From Bdellovibrionales bacterium (GTDB lineage Bacteria > Bdellovibrionota > Bdellovibrionia > Bdellovibrionales > UBA1609), in NCBI GenBank assembly GCA_965261545.1, contig CBDHDF010000011.1, forward strand, positions 1 to 64,000: 64,000 nucleotides of DNA, read 5' to 3'. The notes under the pieces are model-generated. The model was not told where the DNA came from. It made no database searches and saw only the letters and a list, made by a program, of their open reading frames with translations. Positions 40,008 through 51,797 of the stretch are shown in pieces. Each line of letters begins with the position of its first letter. Within the stretch, counting starts at the first letter, position 1. A program made the translations under genes and the position numbers.

Positions 40008-41327
40008 CTAAAAATTCTCCACAAGATCACTCCCATCTTGGAGATCTCCCATGAGCATCACTCCCAGTTGATCCATGTCAAAGTAGGTCTCTAGGAATTT
40101 CTTTATGGAATCCACAGAGACCTTTTCTAGCTCTTGAATCACACTCTCCACGGGGCGGTATTCACCAAAAATCATTTCATTGACTGCCAGGGAGTTCATG
40201 CGATTGTCCACGTCATCTGAAGCTAAAACAATGTTTCCCACAACCTGCCTTTTGAAAAAATCCAACTCACTTTGAGTGATACCCTCTTTCTTTAAAGACA
40301 CCATCTCTTTTCGAATCAGCTCCATCACTTCGGGACAGGTCTCAGGGGTTGTGGCCACATACACCATCAAAAGACCTGAATCTGTAAACGAATGGAGGTA
40401 GCTGTAAATCGAATAGGCAAGCCCTCTTTTTTCGCGGATATTTTGATAAAGGCGAGAGGTCATTCCTCCCCCCAGTAGGGCATTGACAATAAAGGCTTCA
40501 AAGCGTGTTTTGCTCCTGTAAGAGGAACTGGGAAGACCCATAAGAGCATGGACCTGCTCAGAAGGGCGGTGAATAAAATTTCTAAAGGCCAGGACTTGGG
40601 GTGGCTTGCGTTCATGCCAGTCCCCGGGAGAGGCTTGAGTCAAACGACTTTGAATGTCTTCCACAATTTGGTTATGGTCCACATGCCCAGCCACACTGAC
40701 AATGAGATTTTTTCCACAGTAGCGAGGTTTGTAAAATTCGACAACCGACTTTGGAGTTAAATGGGACAAAGTTTTAGGGGTTCCCAAAATAGGACGAGAG
40801 AGGGGGTGCTCCCGAAACACTCTCTCAAAGTAAAGGTCAAAAATATATTCATCCAACTGGTCTACAGACATATCCATCTCATGGAGAACGACCTCCACTT
40901 CTTTACCAAAGTCTTCTTCTGTAAATTGACTGTGGGCGATCATGTCTGACAACACATCCATTCCCAAACCCACATCCTCTCGCAGGGTGGAGGTGTGAAA
41001 ACAGGTGTGTTCACGCCCCGTGAAGGCGTTGATTTCACCTCCCACGGCCTCAAGGGTTTTGACAATATCATAGGCGCTTCGAGACTTTGTGCCTTTAAAA
41101 AGAATATGCTCCACAAAATGCGCCACCCCTGTCATGGGGGAAGGCTCATCCCTAGTGCCTAAGTCAATATAAATACAGGCACTTGTGGAACGAGCGTAGG
41201 GATGGTGCTCTGTGAGCACGCGAATTCCGTTTTCTAAGACAGATTTTCGAAACTGGGGAGGATGATCGAAGACATCCATCTTCAACGAAAGCTTTTCCCC
41301 CTTCAATGAAAACTCTTTTCCCTTCAA
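40008..41327 (-). CDS. M16 (pitrilysin) family zinc peptidase
   Basis: AHFVEHILFKGT, INAFT, LGGGMTSRLYQNIREKRGLAYS. Usual position downstream of pnp. Confidence 0.95.
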   Translation of the reverse strand: MKGKEFSLKGEKLSLKMDVFDHPPQFRKSVLENGIRVLTEHHPYARSTSACIYIDLGTRDEPSPMTGVAHFVEHILFKGTKSRSAYDIVKTLEAVGGEINAFTGREHTCFHTSTLREDVGLGMDVLSDMIAHSQFTEEDFGKEVEVVLHEMDMSVDQLDEYIFDLYFERVFREHPLSRPILGTPKTLSHLTPKSVVEFYKPRYCGKNLIVSVAGHVDHNQIVEDIQSRLTQASPGDWHERKPPQVLAFRNFIHRPSEQVHALMGLPSSSYRSKTRFEAFIVNALLGGGMTSRLYQNIREKRGLAYSIYSYLHSFTDSGLLMVYVATTPETCPEVMELIRKEMVSLKKEGITQSELDFFKRQVVGNIVLASDDVDNRMNSLAVNEMIFGEYRPVESVIQELEKVSVDSIKKFLETYFDMDQLGVMLMGDLQDGSDLVENF

Positions 41328-43444
41328 TGGGAATTCTTCTCTAGGAGAGCCTTGCGACTGAGCTTGATTCGCCCCGCCCGATCCACATCGAGAATTTGCA
41401 CATCCACCTCATCTCCCTCACTGAGAATATCCGTCACCTGGCGAATGCGCTCATGGGCAATCTCTGAGATATGAAGAAGTCCGCTCTTGTTGGGGAGAAC
41501 ATCCACAAAAGCCCCAAAATCAGTGATTTTCACCACCTTGCCCTTGTAAATCTGCCCCACTTCAGGTTCCGCACATATGCGCTCAATGATATCAATGGCT
41601 TTTTGGGCTGCCTCGGGGTCGCTGGAAGCAATATGAATCTTGCCATCATCTTCAATATTGATCTTCACACCCGTTTCCTCAATGATGCCTTTGATGGTCT
41701 TCCCACCAGCTCCAATCACCTCGCGAACCTTGTCGGGCTTGACCTGAATGGTTTGAATTCTTGGCGCAAACTCAGAAACTTGACCACGAGAAATCTTCAT
41801 GACCTTTTCCATTTCATTGAGAATGTGGTGGCGTCCCTTCTGGGCCTGATTCAAGGCTTTTTCCATGATGTCAAATGTCAGGCTGTCAATTTTGATATCC
41901 ATTTGTAAGGCTGTGATTCCCTCACGGGTCCCTGCAACTTTGAAATCCATATCGCCAAGGTGATCCTCGTCTCCCAAAATATCAGAGAGGACAGCCACAC
42001 GCTCTCCATCGCTGATAAGCCCCATGGCAATCCCTGCCACATTGCCCTTAATGGGAACGCCCGCATCGAGAAGAGCCAAAGTTCCCGAACAAACTGTGCC
42101 CATGGAGGAAGAGCCATTGGACTCCAAAACCTCACTCACAATACGAATGGTGTAGGGGAACTTTTCCCTATCTGGAAGAACGAACTTCAAAGCTCTTTCG
42201 GCCAAAGAGCCATGGCCAATTTCACGACGACTTTGACCACCCATACGCCCTGTTTCTCCCACACAGTAGGGGGGGAAATTATAGTGGAGCAAAAAGCGTT
42301 TTTTAACCAGTCCCATGAGAGAGTCGATCATCTGCTCATCATCGGCAGTTCCCAAAGTCACTGTCCCCAAAACTTGAGTCTCACCACGGGTAAAAAGTGC
42401 CGAGCCATGGGCTCGGGGAAGAAGTGCCACCTCACAGGCAATGGGGCGAACGGTCTCCCTCTCCCGACCATCAATGCGAACTTGGTCATCCAACACCATG
42501 GAGCGAGCCAAATCGTATTTGAGTTCCCCCATCACAGTGCCAATGTCTTTTTTGAGTTTTTCGGGAAGACCTACGACCTCTTCGCCATCCACAAAAGCGG
42601 CTATGGCCTCTTCATGAACCTTATCCAAAGCTTCGTAACGCTTGGTTTTATCTCTTTCAGTCAGGGCCTCCTTCACTTTGGGAGTGAGAAATTCCACCAC
42701 TTGGGCTCGAAAACCACTATCAACTTCAGGAGCCAAAAATTCTCGCTTCTGGCGAGACCCCATCTTCTCACGAAGCTCATCTTGGGCATCAAAGGTCGCC
42801 ATCATGGATTGGTGACCAAATTTAAGGGCCTCTAAAACTTCAGCCTCACTGGCAAATTGAGCCTCCCCCTCCACCATGAGGATCCCCTTGCGAGTTCCAG
42901 CCATAAACATATCTAAGTCAGCCGCTTCCTCCTGCTCTTTGTTAGGGTTGGCAATAAGCTCTCCATTGCATCGCGCCAACTTTACTGAAGCCGTGGGCCC
43001 CTTAAAGGGAATATCGCTCAAATGAAGGGCTGCCGAAGCTCCTATGCTGGCCAAACTATTCACTGGATATTGTCCATCATGACTTAAAATGGTCAATACC
43101 AGTTGAGTCTCAAAGTTGTAGCCATGGGGAAAGCAAGGACGAAGGGGCCGATCAATGAGGCGACAATTTAGAATGGCCTCACCGGAGGGACGCCCCTCCC
43201 TTTTAAAGTAACCACCAGGGATTTTACCTGTGGAGTAAAATTTCTCACTGTATTCCACCGTTAAGGGAAAAAAATCAAAAGAACTTGGTCTTCTCGACGA
43301 AACCGCTGTAGCCAACACAATATTATTGCCACTTGTTACCAGCACAGAGCCATGGGCCTGCTTTGCAAGACGGCCTGATTCTATGGTCACCTCACGGCCA
43401 CCAATTTCAAACTTAACTTCTTTCTTTTCCATTTTCATTTCCAT
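41324..43444 (-). CDS. pnp: Polyribonucleotide nucleotidyltransferase
   Basis: RLIDRPLRP, FTRGETQ, RREIGHG, DHLGDMDFK, KH and S1 domains. Confidence 0.99.
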   Translation of the reverse strand: MEMKMEKKEVKFEIGGREVTIESGRLAKQAHGSVLVTSGNNIVLATAVSSRRPSSFDFFPLTVEYSEKFYSTGKIPGGYFKREGRPSGEAILNCRLIDRPLRPCFPHGYNFETQLVLTILSHDGQYPVNSLASIGASAALHLSDIPFKGPTASVKLARCNGELIANPNKEQEEAADLDMFMAGTRKGILMVEGEAQFASEAEVLEALKFGHQSMMATFDAQDELREKMGSRQKREFLAPEVDSGFRAQVVEFLTPKVKEALTERDKTKRYEALDKVHEEAIAAFVDGEEVVGLPEKLKKDIGTVMGELKYDLARSMVLDDQVRIDGRERETVRPIACEVALLPRAHGSALFTRGETQVLGTVTLGTADDEQMIDSLMGLVKKRFLLHYNFPPYCVGETGRMGGQSRREIGHGSLAERALKFVLPDREKFPYTIRIVSEVLESNGSSSMGTVCSGTLALLDAGVPIKGNVAGIAMGLISDGERVAVLSDILGDEDHLGDMDFKVAGTREGITALQMDIKIDSLTFDIMEKALNQAQKGRHHILNEMEKVMKISRGQVSEFAPRIQTIQVKPDKVREVIGAGGKTIKGIIEETGVKINIEDDGKIHIASSDPEAAQKAIDIIERICAEPEVGQIYKGKVVKITDFGAFVDVLPNKSGLLHISEIAHERIRQVTDILSEGDEVDVQILDVDRAGRIKLSRKALLEKNSH

Positions 43445-43490
43445 CTTATCTCCATCTCCTATTTGGATATAACACATGTATCGTCGGTTT

Positions 43491-43760
43491 TTACTTTCTT
43501 AATCCTAACTCATCAATCAGGCTTTTGTACTTTTGAACATTGCAACTTCTCAGGTAATCCAAAAGCTTACGACGACGACTCACCATGCGAATCAGGCCAC
43601 GACGGCTGTGGTGATCCTGTTTGTTGGCTTTAAAGTGCTCCGTAAGCTGCTTGATTCGAAAGGTAAGAAGGGCCACCTGCACCTCTGAGCTGCCTGTATC
43701 AAGCTCAGCGCGACGGAAATGTTGAATAATTTGTTCTTTTTCTGCACCAAGGAGTGCCAT
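43491..43760 (-). CDS. rpsO: 30S ribosomal protein S15
   Basis: [21 protein letters not shown]. Confidence 0.99.
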   Translation of the reverse strand: MALLGAEKEQIIQHFRRAELDTGSSEVQVALLTFRIKQLTEHFKANKQDHHSRRGLIRMVSRRRKLLDYLRSCNVQKYKSLIDELGLRK

Positions 43761-43872
43761 ATGAAACCTCCAAAATAAAATGTGAATGGTTCTGCTCCAT
43801 CAAAGCAAGACAGAAAAAGAACCGCAATACAAAGTCATAGATATAAAGTCATATAAAATATAAACAACAAAA

Positions 43873-44814
43873 TCAAGTCCCCCATGGGATAGCTTGTATG
43901 GGATAGCTTGTTTTGAAAATCTTTTTAATCTTCAAAGAGTCAAAGGGACGCACCTCTAGAAGACCGAGGAGATTCCCTCCTGTTCCACTCATCACTCTCA
44001 CAGGAATGGACTCTTGGCGACCGTTGGCTTGCTTTTGGCTGTAAACCAATCTTTGAGATAGCTCATGGGGAATCTGTCCATTCTTCATGAGACGCTCACT
44101 CTTTCCACTCACTGTAAAAGCTTTATAGGGGCTGACGCAATCCTGAAACGAGGTGAAGTAGGGGGGGGCAAGCCCCTCTTTTTTTAGTTTCTCTAAAGTA
44201 ATGGCCGCTTCGACCTTGTAGGGAAGTGAGGCCAACCTTCTCAACTGCTCCACACAGGCGCCAACTCCCAGTTGGCGACCCAACTCATAGGCCCAAGATC
44301 GAATAAAACTCCCCTTAGAACAGCTCAGGCTGACCTCCACAAAATCAGAGCCCACAGACTCCAATGAAACATTATAAAACTTCATTTCACGCAGAGGAAT
44401 TTCCACTTGCTTTCCCTCTCTTGCGTACTCATAGAGCTTCTTTCCCCCTCTTTTCACAGCAGAAAAAATGGGGACCGGCAAAACCAAGTCCCCCTCAAGC
44501 CTCTCCACCTCTGAAACCACCTGTCTAGGACTTAAAACTCCCGTATTCTTTTTCTGAATGACCTTGCCATCCGTGTCCCAGGTTTCAGTTTCTACACCCA
44601 GTTTCACTTTGATGTGATACCATTTATCACGATTCAATAAGCCCTGGGACAAATGAGTTCCCTCACCAAGAAGAATCACCAAAAGACCGGTGGCCAGTGG
44701 ATCCAAAGTCCCGGCATGACCGACAGCCTTCATTTTCAAAATACGTCGAACCTCTCGAACAATATCATGGGAAGTCATACCCGAAGGCTTGTCTATCAAT
44801 AAAATACCATCCAT
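43873..44814 (-). CDS. truB: tRNA pseudouridine(55) synthase
   Basis: DKPSGMTSHD, GHAGTLDPLATG, CSKGSFIRS. Confidence 0.97.
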   Translation of the reverse strand: MDGILLIDKPSGMTSHDIVREVRRILKMKAVGHAGTLDPLATGLLVILLGEGTHLSQGLLNRDKWYHIKVKLGVETETWDTDGKVIQKKNTGVLSPRQVVSEVERLEGDLVLPVPIFSAVKRGGKKLYEYAREGKQVEIPLREMKFYNVSLESVGSDFVEVSLSCSKGSFIRSWAYELGRQLGVGACVEQLRRLASLPYKVEAAITLEKLKKEGLAPPYFTSFQDCVSPYKAFTVSGKSERLMKNGQIPHELSQRLVYSQKQANGRQESIPVRVMSGTGGNLLGLLEVRPFDSLKIKKIFKTSYPIQAIPWGT

Positions 44815-45270
44815 TCAATCCTCACCCTCGTTCAGACTTTTCTGTAGCTCCTCTGTCTGGCCCAACAACAACTCATTTTTCTCGCCTAGCGATTTTTCTC
44901 TTTGATTCAGCAATTCTTTCCTCTCGTCTTGCAACTCCTTGAGAGTCTTGTGAATATGCTCTCCGTGGACAAAGCCACGATCCCAAATCATCCGAAGTTT
45001 AGGGCAAAACTTCATGGGCAGTCGTCGGCTGACCTCCCTCTGAATATCTCCCACATTTTCCTTGAGAGTATCTATATTTTCACTAGCCTCCTCATCTTCA
45101 ACCCCCATAAAGCTCACAAACACCCTCGCTCCACGAAGATCTGCACTCACCTCGACACGGGCCACTGTCACCAAGCCGTGAAGGGGTCTATGAAAGCCAC
45201 CCAGCAAATATTTAGCAATCACCTGCTTCAATTCCTTCTCAACTCGCTGAATCCGCCAAGAACCCGACAT
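44815..45270 (-). CDS. rbfA: Ribosome-binding factor A
   Basis: VTVARVEVSADLRGARVF, PKL. Lies between infB and truB. Confidence 0.93.
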   Translation of the reverse strand: MSGSWRIQRVEKELKQVIAKYLLGGFHRPLHGLVTVARVEVSADLRGARVFVSFMGVEDEEASENIDTLKENVGDIQREVSRRLPMKFCPKLRMIWDRGFVHGEHIHKTLKELQDERKELLNQREKSLGEKNELLLGQTEELQKSLNEGED

Positions 45271-45325
45271 AAAGACACTCTCTCTTTCCCTAGACTTCAG
45301 GAAATCTTAGGAGACTCTAGAAAAC

Positions 45326-48253
45326 TCAGGACTCCAATGAATCCAAAGTTCGAGCCACCTCTTCTTCAATATAAGCCTCTATAACGTCTCCCACCTTGAT
45401 GTCATTGTAGTTTTCAATTCCAATACCACATTCATAGCCACTGGCAACTTCCTTGGCGTCATCTTTATAACGCTTTAAACTCCCCAAAGTTCCTTCGTAG
45501 ACAACTCGCCCATCTCGAATGAGGCGCAGTTTAGAAGTTCGATAAATCTTTCCATCCACCACAGAGCAGCCTGCAATAACACCTAACCTAGGTATACTGA
45601 ATATCTCGCGAACCTCAGCTTGCCCTTGGGATTTTTCCACGATATCTGGACGCAGGAGGCCACTTAGGGCCTTTTTCACATCATCGATCAACTCGTAAAT
45701 AATCTTGTAGGTCTTAATTTCAACGCCCTTTTCCTTGGCCATGCGCTGGGCACTGGAGTCGGGTCGAACATTAAAACCAATCACAACTCCACCAGATGTG
45801 TTCGCCAGCAAAATATCAGACTCACTCACTCCACCCACTCCCGAGTGAATGATATTGACCTTGACTTCCTCGTGATTCAGCTTTGCAAGCATTCCCTTAA
45901 TGGCCTCGTTGCTTCCCACAACATCTGACTTCAAAACAATCACCAACTCTTGAACATTTCCCGCCTTTACTTTGGAGAAAATCTCCTCAAGGGACATACC
46001 CGCATGTGGTGTTTCCACTTTTTTCTGAACTTCAGCAACACGCTGCTGGGCAATCTCGTGGGCCAGACCCTCCTCCTGACAAACATCAAACCGATCCCCT
46101 GCCTGGGGAGTGGACTCAATACCAGCGACCTCCACGGGAACACCCGGTCCAGCCTCCTTCAAACCAACCCCCAACTCATTGTGCAAACGACGAACACGCC
46201 CCATCGTCATCCCTACAACCATGAAATCTCCCACTCTTAGGGTTCCTTCTTGAACAAGAAGAGTGGCCACATTTCCACGACCTTTTTTGATACTTCCCTC
46301 AATGACCGTGCCCGTGGCCGACCGCTTGGGATTCGCTCGAAGTTCTAGAACCTCTGCTTGGAGGTGAATTTGCTCTATAAGATTCTCAATGCCCTGCTTT
46401 TTCAGTGCGGAAACTTCCACAAAAAGAGTGCGCCCCCCCCATTCTTCTGGAATGAGTTCATACTCCATAAGCTGCTGCTTGATCCTTTCCATATTGGCAT
46501 CGGGACGATCGACCTTGTTGACGGCGACAATAACGGGAACCTCTGCGGCCTTGGCATGGTTGATGGCCTCTGCTGTTTGGGGCATCACTCCATCATCTGC
46601 GGCCACAACAAGAACCACAATATCTGTGACATTGGCCCCCCGAGCACGCATCTCTGTAAAGGCAGCATGGCCTGGAGTATCTATAAATGTCGCCATCTTT
46701 CCATCAGGTAGAGCCACACGATAGGCACCAATATGTTGAGTGATGCCCCCGGCCTCACCCGACACCACATCAGAACTTCGAATGGCATCCAAAAGAGTTG
46801 TCTTGCCGTGGTCCACATGGCCCATCACCGTCACCACAGGAGGGCGCACAACAGGCTCTGCATCTAAGTCACCAAAAGCCACATGTTTCACCCTCTCGTC
46901 GATATCCATATGTAAATTCTCTGCTTCAAAGCCAAACTCGGGGACAACAAGAGACACAGTGTCAAAATCCAACTCTGTATTTATGTTTGCCTTCACTCCT
47001 TCAGAAATAAGCTTTTTTGTCAATTGAACATGTTTCACGCCCAACTTTTGAGCCAAATCTGATACTTTGATAACATTGTGCACCTTCACAATCCGTTTTG
47101 AAGCCTTTGGAGTGGTCAACTGGTTTTTTTTGCCTTCTCTAATAATGGGAAAGCGCCTTTTCTTGGGTTGAAAAATGACCTCTCTTTTACGAAATTCAGT
47201 GGCCGCAAAAGTTTGCACAGGCTGCTCTTTGCCCACTCCAGCACTGGGTTTCTTTTTTGCAGGTTTTTCTTTCTCGCGTGACTCTGATTCTGGAGAAGGA
47301 GGTATATCGATAGGCATGGCCACAAAACCTGTACGAATATTTCGGTGGACTGTTCTTTGGGGGCGCATAGATGATCCTTCACCGGACCTCCCAAAGCCTT
47401 GAATTTTGCCTAAGTCCATCCGACCCACAATATTTTTGCGAGTTTTTACCTCACCTTCACTCTTCCCTTCTTTTTCTTTTGCCGCAGGGTATGGTGTTTC
47501 CTTCCCCTTAGAGGAACTCTCCGAAGCTTGGAGTTCTGGGGAATCCATAGAAGATGAGGAAGTTAGAGCCGCAGAACCTGAGTCTGTGGCCTCATTGGAT
47601 AAAAGAGAAGTATTCACGGACTCCGAAGTCGTCGCTGCTGCCTCCTCTGCTGCCTTTACATCAGCCCTTCGACGAATCACCACCCTTTTCTTCTTAGACT
47701 TTTCATGCTCCTGACCCGTTGTAGTTAAATCACCTGTGATTTTTTGGGGCTCGACTTGACTTGCCGCTGCCCCCTTGGTCACTGCCTTTTGCGCCACCAC
47801 TTTTTTAGCACCAGTTTTCTTAGTCACTGTTTTTTTAGTTGTTGCTTTTTTAGTTGTTGCTTTTTTAGCAGCGTCTTTCTTGGTCACTGCTTTTTTTGCC
47901 CCTGTCTTCTTTTTGGCCATCTTTTTCTTTGTAGTCTTCTCTGTGACCTCATTTTGCCGCTCGTCCCCACCCTCATCTTTTTTCGTGGTTTCTTGAGGGG
48001 TCTCTCGTCCCCCACTTTTCTCTAAGGCGACGTTTTTCTTGATCACTTTTTTGGTGATCTTCTTCCCTGCCTTCTTAGCTTTTTTCCTTCTCCCTGGATA
48101 AAGGCGATGTTCAATTTCGACAATCATCTCCTCGCTGAGAGCGACCATATGACTTCTGACAGGCAGTTGCCACTCACGAATCTTGTCCATGAGAGCTAGG
48201 GTCTCCATGCCTATTTCCTTTGCATATTCAAAAACTTTTGGTTGCTCGCCCAA
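45326..48253 (-). CDS. infB: Translation initiation factor IF-2
   Basis: [33 protein letters not shown] start follows GAGGAG. Confidence 0.99.
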   Translation of the reverse strand: MGEQPKVFEYAKEIGMETLALMDKIREWQLPVRSHMVALSEEMIVEIEHRLYPGRRKKAKKAGKKITKKVIKKNVALEKSGGRETPQETTKKDEGGDERQNEVTEKTTKKKMAKKKTGAKKAVTKKDAAKKATTKKATTKKTVTKKTGAKKVVAQKAVTKGAAASQVEPQKITGDLTTTGQEHEKSKKKRVVIRRRADVKAAEEAAATTSESVNTSLLSNEATDSGSAALTSSSSMDSPELQASESSSKGKETPYPAAKEKEGKSEGEVKTRKNIVGRMDLGKIQGFGRSGEGSSMRPQRTVHRNIRTGFVAMPIDIPPSPESESREKEKPAKKKPSAGVGKEQPVQTFAATEFRKREVIFQPKKRRFPIIREGKKNQLTTPKASKRIVKVHNVIKVSDLAQKLGVKHVQLTKKLISEGVKANINTELDFDTVSLVVPEFGFEAENLHMDIDERVKHVAFGDLDAEPVVRPPVVTVMGHVDHGKTTLLDAIRSSDVVSGEAGGITQHIGAYRVALPDGKMATFIDTPGHAAFTEMRARGANVTDIVVLVVAADDGVMPQTAEAINHAKAAEVPVIVAVNKVDRPDANMERIKQQLMEYELIPEEWGGRTLFVEVSALKKQGIENLIEQIHLQAEVLELRANPKRSATGTVIEGSIKKGRGNVATLLVQEGTLRVGDFMVVGMTMGRVRRLHNELGVGLKEAGPGVPVEVAGIESTPQAGDRFDVCQEEGLAHEIAQQRVAEVQKKVETPHAGMSLEEIFSKVKAGNVQELVIVLKSDVVGSNEAIKGMLAKLNHEEVKVNIIHSGVGGVSESDILLANTSGGVVIGFNVRPDSSAQRMAKEKGVEIKTYKIIYELIDDVKKALSGLLRPDIVEKSQGQAEVREIFSIPRLGVIAGCSVVDGKIYRTSKLRLIRDGRVVYEGTLGSLKRYKDDAKEVASGYECGIGIENYNDIKVGDVIEAYIEEEVARTLDSLES

Positions 48254-48336
48254 AATAACTCCTCATAGTTATTGCCATTGTCATCCTTCAAACACTGCAT
48301 TTGAAGATTCGCATTACACACTTTTTATATCATGTT

Positions 48337-49857
48337 TTATATTTGATCTGTTTCTTGTTCTTGATTTTCTTGTTCAGAAAACTTTGTGGTTTCTTCGATT
48401 TCTCCGACCTTTGTGGTTTCTTCCTCAAGTTTTCCAGCTTCTTCCTCAAGTTTTCCAGCTTCTTCCTCTGTTTTCAGTTGCTCAAGTTGAACTTTGAGAA
48501 GGGCCTCAGCCTGAGATTTCACATCGCTGCCACCTCCCATATCTATAGAAGCTTCTTTAACCACGGGAGCTGTGGGAATTTCTTTGCCTTCAGATACGTA
48601 CTTCTCCATAATATCTTTTGCTCCTTGCATAAGAGCACGGGCTTTCTCCTCATCTTCATAACCGGGTATGCTCATAATAGACTGAAGTTCAGCTTCTGCA
48701 AGAGCTTGGAAAGACGCAAAACCCGATTGGAAAATATTCTGCGCCATGGTTTCTGTCATACTTGGCACGAGCATTAAGTTGAAAATAGCTTCTGCCGTGC
48801 GAGAAGCCAAATTGGCTTCAGACACAATATCTAAACCCCACCCAGAGAGTTTGGATGCTAGGCGTACATTTTGCCCTCGGCGACCAATAGCCAAACTTAA
48901 ATGGCTATCAGGAACAACAATATCCATTTCCTTGCGACTTTCATCAACAAAAACCTTTTCAACTTCAGCAGGTGCCAAAGTATTGCAAACAAACCGCGCA
49001 ATGTCTTCACTCCAAGGAATAATATCAATTTTTTCACCGCGAAGTTCTTGGATGACATTCTGCACACGGCTTCCTTTGATTCCCACACAGGCGCCTACGG
49101 GATCCACTGTGGCCTCTTTACTGGTCACCGCAACCTTAGCCCGCTGCCCAGGTTCACGAACCGCTCCCACAATTTGTACAATCCCATCATAAATTTCTGG
49201 GACTTCAAGCTCAAAGAGCTTTATTAAGTAGCGCTCATCAGCTCGGGACATAATGATTCGAGGTCCACGAGTGGTTTGACGCACATCTGCAATATAACCT
49301 TGGATACGATCTCCAGGTTTGTAAGTCTCACCTGGGATCTGCTCCCTTGGTGGAATATAAGCCTCCGTGCGACCAAGATCCACAACAATCGCCCCTCGTT
49401 CCACGCGCCGAGCAATCCCCGAAGCAATTTCACCTTTGCGTTGTTCAAACTCGTTAAATATGATATCTCTTTCTGCATCTCGAACCTTTTGAGTGATAAT
49501 TTGCTTAGCCGTTTGCGCTGCGATGCGTCCGAGATCCATGGTTTCAAGTTTAGCTCCCACGTGGTCACTAAGTTGAACATCAGCATCCAACTCCACAGCT
49601 TCGGAGTACTTGATCTCCACTTCTTCGTCGATAAAATCTTCGTCTTGCACCACCTCTTTAAACTCAAAAAGCTCCACTTCTCCCAGTTCTTCGTTGTATT
49701 GAGCCTCAATCTCCCTATAGGTTCCATACTTTTTACGAGCTGCCACCAACATGCCTTGGACAACGGCATCAATAACCAAGCTTTTATCAATACCCTTATC
49801 CTTACCAACCATATCAATCATTCGACTTAAATCTGAAAATAAATTGTCTGTAGCCAT
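48337..49857 (-). CDS. nusA: Transcription factor NusA
   Basis: GRIAAQTAKQ, REPGQRAK, DPVGACVG, AIGRRGQNVRLA. Confidence 0.98.
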   Translation of the reverse strand: MATDNLFSDLSRMIDMVGKDKGIDKSLVIDAVVQGMLVAARKKYGTYREIEAQYNEELGEVELFEFKEVVQDEDFIDEEVEIKYSEAVELDADVQLSDHVGAKLETMDLGRIAAQTAKQIITQKVRDAERDIIFNEFEQRKGEIASGIARRVERGAIVVDLGRTEAYIPPREQIPGETYKPGDRIQGYIADVRQTTRGPRIIMSRADERYLIKLFELEVPEIYDGIVQIVGAVREPGQRAKVAVTSKEATVDPVGACVGIKGSRVQNVIQELRGEKIDIIPWSEDIARFVCNTLAPAEVEKVFVDESRKEMDIVVPDSHLSLAIGRRGQNVRLASKLSGWGLDIVSEANLASRTAEAIFNLMLVPSMTETMAQNIFQSGFASFQALAEAELQSIMSIPGYEDEEKARALMQGAKDIMEKYVSEGKEIPTAPVVKEASIDMGGGSDVKSQAEALLKVQLEQLKTEEEAGKLEEEAGKLEEETTKVGEIEETTKFSEQENQEQETDQI

Positions 49858-49892
49858 TTTGTACCTCATTTATTTCATTTAAAAATGCTTCT

Positions 49893-50438
49893 TTAAATTT
49901 TTAAATTCTTTTCATTAAAGTTAAACACCACGTGAGCTTTGCGTATTTGATTAAGTGATACTTCCAAAGAAGAAGAACCCAAATCGACAACCACTTGGTC
50001 ACCCTGGACTTGGACGAGAACGCCACTAAAGTGCTTCACTTTCTTGCCCTGTTCTCGACCCTGTTCTCGAATAGTGATGGGGTGAGTTAGGTGAACCTTC
50101 ACAACTTCGTTGACAGCTCCTTGAAAATGCCACCGCTCCTTGAGCCGTCTCTCTACCCCCGGACTTGAGACCTCCAAATCATAGCGATCACCGGCTATGA
50201 TATCTGAATCTTGATTGTCCAAAAGCAGGCTCAGCCCACGAGAAACCTTCTCACACTTATCAAGACTTATTCCCTCAGGGCTTAAAATAAAAATTCGCAA
50301 GATCCTGCTCTTTGCATCGAGAAATTCCAAGTCATAAAGCTCACAGGATTGCCTATGACAAACCTCCCGAGCCAAATCCCTGAGTTGCTCTAACATAGCA
50401 TCACTTAAAGAGCTCACTCTCAAAAACTCCACAGTCAA
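49893..50438 (-). CDS. rimP: Ribosome maturation factor RimP
   Basis: ISLDKCEKVSR, YDLEVSSPGVER. Start uncertain. Confidence 0.95.
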   Translation of the reverse strand: MTVEFLRVSSLSDAMLEQLRDLAREVCHRQSCELYDLEFLDAKSRILRIFILSPEGISLDKCEKVSRGLSLLLDNQDSDIIAGDRYDLEVSSPGVERRLKERWHFQGAVNEVVKVHLTHPITIREQGREQGKKVKHFSGVLVQVQGDQVVVDLGSSSLEVSLNQIRKAHVVFNFNEKNLKI

Positions 50439-50581
50439 AAATTAAGAAATACCTACAAGCTCTAAACCCATAACAAAGAACTTATAACAAGAACTTAGCT
50501 TTAGATGACATATGGGGCTGTAAACGAGGCAACAAATCTAGGCAGTCCTAATAACAACTAGGCACAAACTAGATAACAAAC

Positions 50582-50607
50582 AAAAAAGAGGGCCACCGGC
50601 CCTCTTT
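50582..50607 (-). terminator. Terminator-like hairpin upstream of rimP (rimP-leader type)
   Basis: Minus strand reads AAAGAGGGCC-GGT-GGCCCTCTTTTTT. Confidence 0.7.
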
Positions 50608-50832
50608 ACATCACAGTAACACCACATCTAACAACCACACCACAGAAACAACACACTAAGGCCCAGTTTCTATCAAATATTTTCTACATATGCAACCTAT
50701 TAAGAGAAGATTCTCCATTCATCTATAAAATATTTCAGAATCTTCCAAAAATATTGCAGAGAGTTATGCCTTCTCAATGATTTTCTTCTCAATGATTTTT
50801 TTAGTTATTTCTTAGTGGGTTCTCACGGAGTC

Positions 50833-51702
50833 TCAGTGGCTTCTCAATGAGATCTGAGATTTGGTGAAGCTCTCTCCCCACTTCACTTGAGCCGGTAGGG
50901 GAGCCGTTGGCTTTTGAGAGGCGATTTCGGTTGAGACAAGGTTTAAATTTTTAGATGTAAGCACAATGACTGTGCTCCCCATATGGAAGACTCCCAGTTC
51001 TTCGCCCTTTTTTATGGGCAAGGGTGTGGAATAATGGATCCGGCGGGGCTTGCGAAAATGTTGAACATTGGTGATGATTTCTGGCTCAAATGACAATGTG
51101 ATTTGGCCCACGTTGGTGGCTCCCACCATGACAAGAATAAGGGGGCCGTGGGGCGTTTGAAGTCGAATAATGACTCTTTCATTGATAGAAAATAATTGGC
51201 TGATATTTTCCACACTCCATGGATTGACAGGCCACAATCTTCCAGGAAGGTATTCGCAGGACTCCACCAAGCCTTCCATAGGACTGTGAACCCGGTGATA
51301 ATCCGTGGGACACAGGTAGTACGTTAAAACCCCCCCCCCTTTAAAGGTTTTGAGTTCTTCCTCTGTACCATGAATAAATGTTTTTAAACTATAAAATTTA
51401 TCTTTAGCTTGAATCAGTTGATCGCCATCAATGGATTGAACTCCTGTGAGAGTTGAATCCGCCGGGTGAACGTAATGATCCTGAGAAAGGGGTCTCAGGC
51501 CATGCTTGAGTCGCCGAACAAAGAGGTCCCCAATGGATGAGTAGAAGTCTTTCTCAGCCTCTGACATGTCAATAGAGTATTTTTTTATGAACCACTGAAC
51601 GAGCCAAAAGCCAAGGGGTTGAGGGCATCGTATGCGCACTAGTTTTCCAACAAAAAAACTCAAAAAATTTTTGGGAATAAAGTATAAAAACCACATGAAC
51701 AA
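50833..51702 (-). CDS. psd: Phosphatidylserine decarboxylase proenzyme
   Basis: YLCPTDYHRVH, NER, VGATNVG, FHMGSTV autocleavage motif. Confidence 0.95.
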   Translation of the reverse strand: MFMWFLYFIPKNFLSFFVGKLVRIRCPQPLGFWLVQWFIKKYSIDMSEAEKDFYSSIGDLFVRRLKHGLRPLSQDHYVHPADSTLTGVQSIDGDQLIQAKDKFYSLKTFIHGTEEELKTFKGGGVLTYYLCPTDYHRVHSPMEGLVESCEYLPGRLWPVNPWSVENISQLFSINERVIIRLQTPHGPLILVMVGATNVGQITLSFEPEIITNVQHFRKPRRIHYSTPLPIKKGEELGVFHMGSTVIVLTSKNLNLVSTEIASQKPTAPLPAQVKWGESFTKSQISLRSH

Positions 51703-51797
51703 CCTAACCCCAGTTTCGGATTTTTCAATACTAAAGATCAGCTAGCCTTCGATATCTTCAATGAAATGCCTTAGAACTAACATTCGAAGCCCCACAG

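Noticed and set aside
41471..49830. Long antisense or alternate-frame ORFs over pnp, infB and nusA
   Set aside because: Shadow ORFs of conserved genes with no motifs of their own.
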